Assembly: GCA_964016885.1 (NCBI GenBank)
Contig: OZ024764.1
Span: 5,270,001-5,334,000 of the forward strand
DNA: 64,000 nucleotides
From: Eledone cirrhosa
Taxonomy: Eukaryota
Reading direction: 5' to 3'
Shown here: positions 1 through 11,799 of the stretch, one piece after another
How positions within the stretch are numbered: the stretch's first letter is position 1
Layout of the letters: each line of letters starts with the position of its first letter
Notes under the pieces: model-generated
What the model saw: the letters and a program-made list of their open reading frames with translations, nothing else
Databases searched by the model: none
What the model was told of the DNA's origin: nothing
Program-made: the position numbers and the translations under genes

Positions 1-23
1 CCAAATTAATAAATGAATATGAA

Positions 24-1050
24 ATGCGAGTTACCAAGCACCCATGCAAAGCTTTAATTCAGAGACAGGAAGCATACACACCCCACTGCAAAAATTCACC
101 CTTTCCCACGAGTGGTGGCAAATGCCCAAAACTCCGAGTTGGAACCATCAATGTAAGCACAATGAAAGGAAGAGCAGGAGAAATTGTAGAGATGCTAGAG
201 CGAAAGAAAATTGATGTATGCTGTGTGCAAGAGACTAGATGGAGAGCAGAGTCCGCTGGAGTCCTTGCAGGCAGAAGTCAGTGCTACCAATTTGTCTGGG
301 TAGCAAATGACAACAGGATGGGAGGTGTAGCTATCCTATTAGCTGACAAATGGGTAGATAAGGTAATCTCAGTGAACAGGGTGAATGCAAGAATAATGAA
401 ACTTGGACTAGTCCTGAATAAAACAATTGCCACAATAATATCAGCTTACGCACCCCAATTGGGGTTGCCAGCTGACTATAGCGGGGAATTTAGTTTAGAG
501 GTCGGTGTCCACCAGGGCTCTGTTCTTAGCCCACTCCTGTTCGTTAAAGTATTGCAAGCAATAATGGAGGTGATTATGACCGGATGCCCATGGGAACTCC
601 TATATGCGGATCATCTCACACTTATAGCCGAATCTATGGTGGAACTATACTTGCTCAGTATGTAGGAAAGGAGTAGGCTGGCTGCAAAAGGTTTTCCCCT
701 CAAAATGAAAAGCAGACTGTATGATGTGGGTATACGAATAGCAATGTTACATAGTAGTGAAACCTGGGCGCCGTCTGTGGAAGACTTGCATAGATTAGAA
801 AGAAACGAAGCCTGCATGCTCCGATGGATGTGTAATAGTAATATACGCAAACGGCAAAGCATAAATGAATTGAGAGAGTGACTGAGCATAAGAGGAATGA
901 AATGCTGTGTGCAGGAGAGGATGTTGCATTGGACATGTGATGCGTATGAAGGATGACAGCTGTATAAAAAGGTGTAGAGCAGTAGAAGTCGATGGAAGCC
1001 GTGGAGTGGGGAGACCCAAGAAGAGCTGGGATGAGGTGATAAAAGCCGGA
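24..1050 (+). mobile_element. Internally deleted RTE-clade LINE (APE endonuclease fragment joined to an RT fragment)
   Basis: LRVGTINV...CCVQETRW...ISAYAPQ joined to GVHQGSVLSPLLF...LLYADH, with stops and frameshifts downstream. End is approximate. Confidence 0.9.
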
Positions 1051-1477
1051 CTCACTGTAAATGAGGTTGGTGTTAGGAAGGGCATCCAGCTGTAGGAATC
1101 AAGCCAGAATCAGTTCCTGTATGAGCAAGACAAGGTCAGCTGAACAGACACTGCCCACAACAGGACAACCCGTCTAACCCATGCTTGCGTGGAAGAATGG
1201 ACGTAAAACAGTGATGAAGATGATATATCATATATGCCAGTGTACTATTTGACATTTGGAGCCTAAAAATATCTCTCCAAAACCAGGGGTCGACTTGTCT
1301 GCTGAATATAGTATGTTACCTTTACCACTGAGGGGTAAACAGTGAAACTGCCTGCCTAACACTTGTTGTACACCACTTACCATAACTCTAGCAACCCACC
1401 ACATTTATTTCTACTGAATCTCATATTTGTTAAGTTTAACGTAGAGATTATAGTAATATCAATGTCTTGCTGTAGCT

Positions 1478-2455
1478 TATAGGGTAGGATACTGTAGCGT
1501 AGGTTACCATAGGGCAAGTTACTGTAGGGTAGGTTACTATAGGGTAGGTTACCATAGGGTAGGTTACTGTCTGGTAGGTTACTGTAGGGTAGGTTACTGT
1601 CTGGTAGGTTACCATAGGGTAGGTTACTGTATGGTAGGTTACTGTAGGGTAGGTTACTGTATGGTAGGTTACCATAGGGTAGGTTACTGTAGGTTAGGTT
1701 ACTATAGGGTAGGTTACTATAGGGTAGGTTGCGATAGGGTATGTGACCATAGCGTAGGTTACTATAGGGTAGGTTACCATAGGGTAGGTTACTACAGTGT
1801 AGGTTATTATAGGGTAGGTTACCATAAGGTAGGTTATTATAGGGTAGGTTACCATAGGGTAGATTACTATAGTGTAGGTTACCATAGGGTAGGTTACCAT
1901 AGGGTAAGTTACCTCAGGGTAGGTTACTATAGGGTAGGTTACCATGGGGTAGGTTACCATAGGCTATATTATCATATGGTAGGTTACGGTAGGGTAGGTT
2001 ACTATAACATAGGTTACCATAGGGTAGATTACTATAGGGTAGGTTACCATAGGGTAGGTTACCATGGGGTAGGTTACCATAGGCTATATTATCATATGGT
2101 AGGTTACTATACGGTAGGTTACTGTAGGGTAGGTTACCATAAGGTAGGTTACTGTAGGGTAGGTTACCATAGGGTAGGTTAAGGTAGGGTAGGTTACTAT
2201 AACATAGGTTACCATAGTGTAGATTACCTTAAATTAGGCTACCATAGGGTAGGTTACTATAACATAGGTTACCATAGTGTAGGTTACCATAGGGTGGCTT
2301 TCCATGGGTTAGGTTACTATAGGGTTGGTTGCCATAGAGTAGGTTACCATGGAATAGGTTGCCATAGGGTATGTTACCATACCATAGGGCTGGTTATCAT
2401 AGGGTAGGTTATTATAAGGTAGGTTACCATATGTTTGTTAAGGTTAGGCTAGGCT
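1478..2455. repeat. 15-bp G-rich minisatellite, consensus AGGGTAGGTTACCAT
   Basis: Direct reading. Gives VGY.R / VTYP 5-aa periodic ORFs. Confidence 0.97.
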
Positions 2456-2599
2456 GGTCTACTCGGTGAGTTAAAACTCACTTGTGACTGTAGTGTTATA
2501 GAAGAAGTGTCTTAATCTTTAGTGCGCCACTAAATTTTTTAACTATTTCCCCTGAAACTGCCTTATTTTTTGGGTGTCGTCTTATGAATCGAATAGTGT

Positions 2600-4580
2600 C
2601 GTATAGGACTATCTGGCATGTTTTCTATGGCTGGATGCCCTTCCTAACACCAACCACGTTTACAGTGTGGGGACTGGGAGGTTTTTACCATGTTAACTAC
2701 ACGGCCAATTTACAGCGTGGACTGTGTGTTTTATTGTCATGACACCTACACAACCTCATTTATTTAGAACTGGATGTTGTGTGACCAACATAATTTTACA
2801 GAGATGGGGGTGGGGGTAGGGGTAGTGGGATGGGGGCGTATATTTGGTTAAGAGGTGCCTACTGACTGTAGGTTTCGTTTTGTACTTAGGCAAGGCGGGT
2901 CTTCTGTATTACTGCGTAGCGCCAAAGAGCTCGGTCCAGTGACATTGTCTTAGAGAGGTGTAAGTGTGTAAGGTCGGAATTTATCAAATCGTCCCAGGTT
3001 TTTCTGGGTCTGCCTACTCCGTAACTTCCGTCAATTTTGATCACCCTGCACTTTTTTATACAGCTGTCGTCTTACATGCGCATCACGTGACCATACCAAC
3101 GTAGTCTTCTCTCGAGTAAACAGCATCTGATCCCTCTTATTCCTAATTTCTCACTTAGTTCATTTATGCTTTGCCGTTCACGTATATTACTATTACACAT
3201 CCAGCGGCGTATTCATGCTTCGTTCCTCTCCAGTCTGAAACAAACTTCAACAAATGAGACAACCACTTAATAACCTATAGATCAAGTGAGCCCACCAGCC
3301 AGATAGATTTCATTGTTACCAGAAGACAGAGTGACTGTTATAAACACAAAGTCCCTCCCTAGTGAAGAATGCACCTCCCAAAATACGTTAGGAGACAACC
3401 TGGAAGAAAAGAGTATAGATCAAAATCAAAAGGTCTTAAAGTCAATTTGGTAAAGACTAAAGTTCTAGTAAGTAGAAAGGAAAGCTGGGCCCAGATCTCT
3501 TCAGGTAAACTGTCCTGCTCAGTGATATATGCAAATGGCAATATATGTAAATGGCAAAACATAAATGTACTGGGAGAGAAATTAGGCATAAGAGGGATTA
3601 GATGCAGTGTGCAGGAGAGGGATTGTTTTGGTACAGACATGTGATGTGTATGAAGGGTGACATCAATATAAAAAGGTGCATAACGCACAAAGTTGACAGA
3701 AGCCGTGGAGTGGGCAGGTCTAGGAAGACTTAGGATGAGGTAAGGAAAGCTGACTTTGTACAATTACACCTAGCTAAGGCAATACAGGATGGTGACCTCT
3801 GGCGCTATGCACAATTATAGAGGACCTGCCCTCATAAATCCACGAGCTGAGGCATATATCTAGTATGTAACACTTTCCCCACCATCATCCCTCCCAAACA
3901 TCTTAATTGATGTTATCATCCCACCCCTATAACTACATCAACAATCCACAAGACATTTTCCCCACCAACACCACACACAAGTTCCCAAACCTCACCATAA
4001 CGTGGTCCCACTGCAGCCATGACAAATGTGCCCAGTTCACTCTGTAAAGTGGTATTGTAGGTGTCCCTACAAAAAGCACCCAGCACACTGTGCAAATGTG
4101 GTTGGCATTAGAAAGGACATCCAACCATAAAAACCAAGCTAAAATCAGTTCCATGTGAGTGAAACATGGTCCTCTGACCTGATCTCCCACAATGGGACAA
4201 CCCAGCCAACACATTGCCATTACTTAAGTGCCTTTCCAGAGATCAAGGCCACCTGGCACACACAAGTCAGTCAGAGAACACCTTCTTTATTTAAGGCTTT
4301 TAACATCTCGAGCCAGATTTCATCTTCCCCAGCAGTTTTACCACATTTGAGCACTTTAACTGCTCTTGTGACCTCAGCCTCTGAGAGATTAGTCACCACT
4401 CCCAGATACACCTCATCTACATCCAAAGATGCTGTTGTGATCGGGTTTAGGAGGTCAGCAGCATATTCTCCCACCTTGTGAGGATGCACCTTTCTGAAGA
4501 TAAGAGAACCCAGGTTTCATACTTGATAGCAGGTGTGGAGGAGGGCTTCATATTACGAAGTCGGTGGATGATCTGCCAAA
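2600..4580. mobile_element. Nested RTE-type LINE fragments: ~2600-3237 (-), ~3240-3830 (+), ~4210-4580 (-)
   Basis: Homology to the RT C-terminal fragments elsewhere in the window. GKTAGEDEIWLEMLKAL motif on the minus strand. Boundaries are approximate. Confidence 0.75.
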
Positions 4581-4619
4581 ACATTTTATGTGCATATGTA
4601 TGTATATATATACATATAT

Positions 4620-6470
4620 TTCATCATCATCGTTTAATGTCCATCTTCTACGCTAGCATGGGTTTGGACGGGAATTTTCCCACTTGAGGCAAGATTGGTT
4701 ATCTTGCACGTATAGGACTGTCTGGCAGGTTTTCTACGGCTGGATGCCCTTCCTAACACCAACCACGTTTACAGTGTGGACTGGGAGGTTTTTACCGTGT
4801 TACCTACACGGCCACATTACAGCGTGGACTGTGTTTTTTTTTGTCGTGACACCTACACGACCTCATTATTTCGGGCTGGATGTTGTGGTACCAACATAAC
4901 TTTACATCGAGAGGGGTGGTGTGGATGGGGTGGGGGTAGTTGGGCGGGGGTGTATTTTGGTAAGAGGTGCCTACTGAGTGTAGGTTTCGCTTTGCACTTA
5001 GGCAAGGCGGGTCTTCTGTATTACTGCATAGCGCCAAAGATCTCGGTCCAGTGACATTGTCTTGGAGAGGTGTAAGTGTGTGAGATCGGAATTTATCAAT
5101 TCGTCCCAGGGTTTTCTGGGTCTGCCTACTCCGAAACTACCATCTATTTTGATCGCCCTGCACTTTTTTATACAGCTGTCGTCTTTCATGCGCATCACGT
5201 GACCATACCAACGTAGTCTTCTCTCGAGTAAACAACATCTGATCCCTCTTATTCCTAATTTCTCACTTAGTTCATTTATGCTTTGCCGTTCACGTATATT
5301 ACTATTACACATCCAGCGGAGCATGCAAGCTTCGTTCCTCTCCAGTCTGCGTATATGCTCTGCACACAATGCCCAGGTCTCACTGCCATGTAACATTGCT
5401 GTTCGTATACAGGCATCATACAGCCTGCCTTTCATTTTTAGAGAGAACCCTTTAGCGGCCAATAGTGGTATAATCTCTCTGAACTTTTTCCATCCAGTTC
5501 TGACTCTAGCTACTGTACTTTCAGAGCACCCTCCACCACTGCTGATTTTGTCACCCAAGTAACGGAAGGTGTCCACTATATCTATAAAAGCATCTGTGCA
5601 ATGGAATGAGCTAGTATTCTGTGGGCACTTTCCCGCTACTTATTGCACCTGAGCACCGGCCACATATAAAATCTATATTCTTAGTTAGCTTACCTGTGAT
5701 CCCACTACATCTTTTATGCACCCACACTTTGCATTTGGGACATAAAAGGGAGTTTCTGCCTACTCCTTTCCTGAGCATGGCCATTTCCCAGATGGGATCA
5801 GTGCCCTATTTTCCCTCCTACATACTAGAACTTTAGTCTTAGGCAGGTTAATTTTAAGGCTTTTTGATTCTAGGCCATGCTTCCATGTTTCGAATTTCTT
5901 CTCTAGTTCAGCCATTGATTCAGCTATAAGCGTTAGATCATATGCGTATAGGAGTTCCCATGGGCAGCCACTCTTGAACTCCTCTGTTATAGCATGAAGG
6001 GCAATAATAAATAGTAGGGGGCTGAGGACGGAGCGCTGATGAACACCAACTTTTACGCTAAACTCTTCACTATATTCGTTGTTAATTCTAACCTTGCTGA
6101 CTGTTTCTTTATACATGGCTTGTATAGCTCTCACAAGCCATTCATCAACACCTAGTTTTCTGAGAGCCCACCAGATAATGGGGCGTTGGACTCTGTTAAA
6201 GGCGTTCCCCAAGTGAAAAAAAGCTAAGTAAAGGGGTTTACTTTTAGCTAGGTACTTCTCCCGTAGTTGTCATACAATGAAAAGAGCGTCTGTGATACTT
6301 TTACTTGACACAAACCCAAACTGCATTTCATCTAGATCAATTCTCCCTCTGATTAGTTGCGCTATTACTTTTTCTGTGACCCTCATGAACTGGTCTATTA
6401 ATTTAATGCCTCTATAGTTTCCCCTATCTAGGGCATCTCCTTTACCCTTGTAGCAGTTAATGATGATGAT
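4620..6470 (-). mobile_element. 5'-truncated RTE LINE (RT domain, C-terminus, 3' UTR with (TGA)n tail)
   Basis: ORFs 5760-6212 and 4998-5576 (GVHQRSVLSP, FRYLG, RLRWYGHVMR) and a catcatcat tail at ~4622. Confidence 0.9.
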
Positions 6471-6604
6471 ATATATATAAAAGAATTAGGATTTCGCTTC
6501 AAGCATATCTTTATACAATATGTATAAATATTTTGTATCTCCAAAGAAATACGGTTTTAGGAAGCCTTAGCTCTGCAAACCCTGGGGGGGGGGGGGGCTA
6601 ACGT

Positions 6605-6769
6605 CCTCTGCTGATGTCCAGCAGAAGCAAGGGGGACAACCGTCTATGCATTTCAGGCTTAACTGGCCATCGTCAGGACAGTCCCGCTCACTGCTTGCGA
6701 CTGCTGGCCAGTTAAGCATGAAATGCATAGACGGTTGTCCCCCTTGCTTCTGCTGGACACCACCAGAGG
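6605..6769. repeat. 165-bp GC-rich inverted repeat (65-bp arms, 35-nt loop); copies at 9534, 24055, 26784, 35842, 38610, 51317, 54051
   Basis: cctctg.tgatgtccagcagaagcaagggggacaaccgtctatgcatttcaggcttaactggcca is followed by its reverse complement with a few mismatches. Confidence 0.92.
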
Positions 6770-6886
6770 CCTTGAAACCTTAAGTCCCTTTTGCTCTGTG
6801 TATGAACAGAAATAAATAATGTAATATATATATATGTGTGTGTGTGTATCTATTTATATATTTAACTATATTTTTTGTAATCACAG

Positions 6887-6928
6887 GAGACTTGATATGG
6901 AGAGAGATCTTTTATACTTCGATTATAG
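6887..6928 (+). CDS. Candidate micro-exon, 42 nt, phase 2-2: RLDMERDLLYFDY
   Basis: tttaactatattttttgtaatcacAG|gaga...ttatag|GTAAGT. Length is divisible by 3. Phase 0 has TGA. Confidence 0.7.
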
Positions 6929-7041
6929 GTAAGTTTTAGTTTTACACACTATCTAACCTTTATACAATCTGCTCCTTCCCGTCTCTCTCTCTCTCTCTCT
7001 CTATTGCTCCAGTTTACTCAGCTGTAGAAATGAGATGATAG

Positions 7042-7074
7042 GATATGCTTCACTAATATAAAAAAGAAATTGAT
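7042..7074 (+). CDS. Candidate micro-exon or pseudo-exon, 33 nt, phase 2-2: ICFTNIKKKL; original acceptor replaced
   Basis: Paralog of the 24338-24367 exon (+3 nt) with an intact GTAAGT donor. Upstream is SINE-derived gagatgatAG with no adjacent pyrimidine tract. Confidence 0.45.
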
Positions 7075-7462
7075 GTAAGTGTTACCTTAACATACTGTCT
7101 AACCATTGTTTAATCTGCTCCTTCCTCTACCTCTCCCTTTATACACACACACACATATATACCCCTATATATATATGTATACACACACACACACAAATAT
7201 ATACACATATATACACACATATATATATAATCACATATATATATACATATATACAAGCGAGACACGGCCTGCTGACCAATCTCGCCTTAAGTGGGACAAA
7301 ACCGTCCAACCCATGCTAGCATGGAAGATGGACTTTAAATGATGATGATATATACACACTGACACATATATATACATATATATATACACATATATATACG
7401 CATATATTTATACATATATATATATACACATATATATACGCATATATATATATATATATATA

Positions 7463-7575
7463 TGAGTTCAAGTCCACCGAGGTTAACTTTGCCTTTCATC
7501 TTTACGAGGTCGATAAAATAAAGTACCAGTGGTGTACTGGGGTAATCGCTGGCCTTGTGCCAAAAGTAGAAACTA
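7463..7575 (+). mobile_element. 5'-truncated copy of the same SINE (also ~10184, 24716, 27434, 36561, 39263, 51986, 54706)
   Basis: gagttcaagtcc..gaggttaactttgcctttcatc...tcgataaaataaagtaccagt...ggccttgtgccaaaagtagaaac. Confidence 0.75.
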
Positions 7576-7688
7576 TAATTATATATATATAACCAAAGAT
7601 TAATATAGTTCGTTGATTACTCAACGAATACAGTTGTACAATAGATTAGAAGAACTCAACAGTGAAAGTTTTCCTGGACTTTTTAATA

Positions 7689-7942
7689 TTAACAAATGAA
7701 AAATATTCTCATAATCAAAATATATACTTTATTATATATATTTCAAAGGTATATGACATACCTCTACGGTCTTGATTCTTTAATTCCAGTATTGCAGTCA
7801 CTGCCAATACTGGAATTGAAGAATCAAGACCGTAGCGCTATGTCATAATCATATATTTTGTCTGATGAGGACGTACTGAAAAAACAACAATATATATAAT
7901 ATAGTATATATTTTGATTATGCGAATACTTTTCATTTGTTAA
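7689..7942. repeat. 254-bp AT-rich fold-back with a degenerate CTGATGA..GAAA core; copies 24944-25197, 36792-37045, 52212-52465
   Basis: Outer arms ttaacaaatgaaaaatattc.../...ttcatttgttaa and inner arms tatgacata..ccagtattg/caatactgg..tatgtcata. Confidence 0.85.
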
Positions 7943-7953
7943 CATTTTGAATA

Positions 7954-8005
<52 letters not shown>

Positions 8006-8071
8006 AGGTAAAATGAATAATGAAAGAGTTGCAAGCCTTTAAAACATATCTTTATAAAGCTCTTACATATG

Positions 8072-8129
<58 letters not shown>

Positions 8130-9812
8130 TCATTATCATTTTATGTCCGCTTTTCCCTGCTTGCAAGGGTAGGGCTCTCACCACCACTGGCCATGTTTTT
8201 CGTGGTCTTCCTTTTACTGGGATTTTTTAGCACCTCTTTACCCAGCAGTCATCCTCGATGCGCATCACTTGTCCATACCATCTCAGTCTTCTCTCCTGCA
8301 CACCACAACTCATCCCCAGTTTCTCTCTCAACTCATCTATGGTCTTGTCGTTCACGCACATTGACACACACACACACACACATATATATATATTAATTCT
8401 ATTGACTGATTAATAGCTCTTGTTAATTTTAAAACCATTCTGTTGAGAGCTTAATTCGTTCTGTGATATTTTGCAATTTTGCAATAACACACATACTGAA
8501 TTCATCCGCCAAAACTAAGGGCTGCCCCCCCCCCCCCTGTGAAGCCCCACGTGGGTTTTGATAACGGTCAGTCCTTGGCTTGGCACTGAACTAAAAGGCT
8601 GTTGAGAAAGTGACTTCCTTGTTCGATCATCATACCAAAAGCTTAACATTATTTGTCTAAGTAGACAGTACTTGATTTAGGAGTTGCAGAAACCCAATAC
8701 TGGATATTACCAACCTTCCAGGGGTCCGGGTATAATTTTCCATCATATTTTATTTGTTTTACTCGAATTACTTGGTCGTGTCTATGGCTGTGCGGATAAT
8801 TGTTTAACCATCGTCTCAGTGTGTTTGGCCTTTTAACTTATGTTGTTGCTCTAGTTCACTAGCTTCTATGGAGCGCCTGCCACACATCTCGGAAGTTGTT
8901 TTTCGTTAATTTCCAATAGCAGAAATGCAATTCTCGCTAATTTATATATATATATATATATATATATACACGTATAAGGGATAACAAAATATCGTTATAG
9001 GTAATCCAGGTAGAAGTTGTGAATACTCTGTATTGTGGTTAGTCTTAGTCTACGGCGTTGTTTGACTCAACAAGAGGTTTCCGTAGGTGGCAAGTATTTG
9101 AGTTCTCTTGAATTTCTATGTAAGTTTATCTTGGAGTAATAATATTGAAAGCGTGAAGAATAACATGGTCAACAGTACAAAAGAAGGTTTTTATTTACAG
9201 TATTAACAATTGTTTCACTGATTAAGTTGTCTAAAAATCGCTGAAAACTTAAAGCTGTGCCACTCAATCTACTATATATATTGGAAGTGGTCGGACGTTG
9301 TATATTTAAGTAAATAAGTAGGTGTAGTCGGATAAACGTCGAAACGGCTTGGTAGAATGCAGCGAAAATTTACACAGTTATGCAGAATTGTAGCAGTTAA
9401 TGATGATATATATGTAAAAGAAATAGGATTTCGCTTCAAGCATATCTTTATACAATATGTATAAATATTTTGTATCTCCAAAGAAATACGGTTTTAGGAA
9501 GCCTTAGCTCTGCAAACCCTGGGGGGCTAACGTCCTCTGGTGATGTCCAGCAGAAGCAAGGGGGACAACCGTCTATGCATTTCAGGCTTAACTGACCATC
9601 GTCTGGACAGTCCCTCCCACTGCTTGCGACTGCTGGCCAGTTAAGCGTGAAATGCATAGACGGTTGTCCCCCTTGCTTCTGCTGGACATCACCAGAGGCC
9701 TTGAAACCCTAAGTCCCTTTTGCTCTGTGTATGAACAGAAATAAATAATGTAATATATATATATGTATGTGTGTATCTATTTATATATTTAACTATTTTT
9801 TTCTCATTACAG

Positions 9813-9845
9813 CACCAATCATTCCTTCGCTTACAAGAAATTTAT
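9813..9845 (+). CDS. Candidate micro-exon, 33 nt, phase 2-2: TNHSFAYKKF
   Basis: tttaactatttttttctcattacAG|cacc...tttat|GTAAGT. Confidence 0.75.
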
Positions 9846-10894
9846 GTAAGTGTTACCTTAACAAACTGTCTAACCATTGTTTAATCTGCTCCTTCCTCTA
9901 CCTCTCCCTTTATACACACACACACATATATACCCCTATATATATATGTATACACACACACACACAAATATATACACATATATACATATATATATACACA
10001 CATATATATACATATATACAAGCGAGACACGGCCTGCTGACCAATCTCATCTTAAGTGGGACAAAACCGTCCAACCCATGCTAGCATGGAAGATGGACTT
10101 TAAATGATGATGATATATATACACTGACACATATATATACATATATACAAATATATATACGCATATATCTATATATATATATATGAGTTCAAGTCCGCCG
10201 AGGTTAACTTTGCCTTTCATCTTTACGAGGTCGATAAAATAAAGTACCAGTGGTGCACTGGGGTAATCGCTGGCCTTGTGCCAAAAGTAGAAACTATATT
10301 TATATATATATAACCAAAGATTAATATGGTTCGTTGATTACTCAACGAATACAGTTTTACAATAGATTAGAAGCACTCAACAGTGAAATTTTCCTGCAGT
10401 TTTTAATATTATTCAAAATATTAACAAATGAAAAATATTCTCATAATCAAAATATATACTTTATTATATACATTTCAAAGGTATATGACATACCTCTACG
10501 GTCTTGATTATTCAATTCCACTATTGGCAGTGACTATATATTTATAGGCAAAATGAATAATGAAAGAGTTGCAAGCCGTTAAAACATATCTTTATAAAGC
10601 TCTTACATATGTTATATATATATATATCATCATCATCATTATATGTCCGCTTTTCCCTGCTTGCAAGGGTAGGGCTCTCACCACCACCGGCCATGTTTTT
10701 TGTGGTCTTCCTCTACTGCGTCTTCCTTCTACTGGGATTTTTTAGCACCTCTTTACCCAGCGGTCATCCTCGATGCACATCACTCGTCCATACCATCTCA
10801 GTCTTCTCTCCTGCACATCACAACTTATCCCCAGTTTCTCTCTCAACTCATCTATGCTCTTGTCGTTCACGCACATTGACACACACACATACAC

Positions 10895-10925
<31 letters not shown>

Positions 10926-11254
10926 TATAAGGGATAACAAAATATCGTTATAGGTAATCCAGGTAGAGGTTGTGAATACTCTGTATTGTGGTTAGTCTTA
11001 GTCTACGGCATTGTTTGACTCAACAAGAGGTTTCCGTAGGTGGCAAGTATTTGAGTTCTCTTGAATTCCTATGTAAGTTTATCTTGGAGTAATATTGAAA
11101 GCGTGAAGAATAACATGGTCAACAGTACAAAAATAGGTTTTTATTTACAGTATTAACAATTGTTTCACTGATTAAGTTGTCTAAAAATTGCTGAACACTT
11201 GAAGCTGTGCCACTCAATTTTAAATATGTTGTTAGCTTAACCAGATCATCAGAA

Positions 11255-11321
<67 letters not shown>

Positions 11322-11799
11322 TACAAATTATGTCCATAGAACCATTTGATAAGATATATACACCATTTCCTCTCCCAATTAGCATAATCAACCACACAAA
11401 AAATCAATTAGGCCAGGCTATAAGATTAAAAGGCACCTATGATAAAATAGTAGATAAATAAACGACAGCATTTCAATAGCATGTGGAAATCAATTAAATA
11501 TATCGTCAACCATACACAATTAGGTATAAAATTAAAGTTAGAAGAAAAAATGCATATACACATACCAGGATTACGTTTCTACGCTTTAGGGTTTCGTTTG
11601 CATTTGGAAATATACTATCAAGGATAAATTCGATATAAATTCTATAAATTTATCAAGGATAAATTTATAGTATATTGCTCTGATTATTTAATTTATTAAT
11701 TCATCATTGAGCCACATCGTGAATGGTTGCCAAAAACATATATATCTATGACTTTGTCTAGTTTGTGTATATGTAAATCTTTATATTGATTGTTCCTTA

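Noticed and set aside
24-665. 213-217 aa endonuclease-RT fusion ORF repeated five times as a domesticated gene
   Set aside because: It is an internally deleted RTE with YADH in place of YADD. Copies in units 4 and 5 have premature stops, and its recurrence is explained by the segmental duplication.
1448-2182. VGYHR / VTYP repeat ORFs (also at ~19.7-20.8, 31.5-32.5, 47-48.2 and 63-63.7 kb) as repetitive proteins
   Set aside because: They are a by-product of a 15-bp satellite. They are open on both strands, and stops and frameshifts differ among copies.
1478-2455. True telomeric or interstitial telomere repeat
   Set aside because: The period is 15 bp, with no runs of (TTAGGG)n or (TTAGG)n.
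9100-9130. Additional ctat|GTAAGT donor-like site (also ~11072 and paralogs)
   Set aside because: There is no convincing pyrimidine tract/AG at a consistent distance and no variability between copies. It lies within a duplicated repeat fragment.
9767-10084. ORF-track peptides running through the micro-exons (also 15149, 27017, 36071, 51546)
   Set aside because: They read through splice signals and TA/CA microsatellites in phase 1, which is closed by stops in five paralogous exons.
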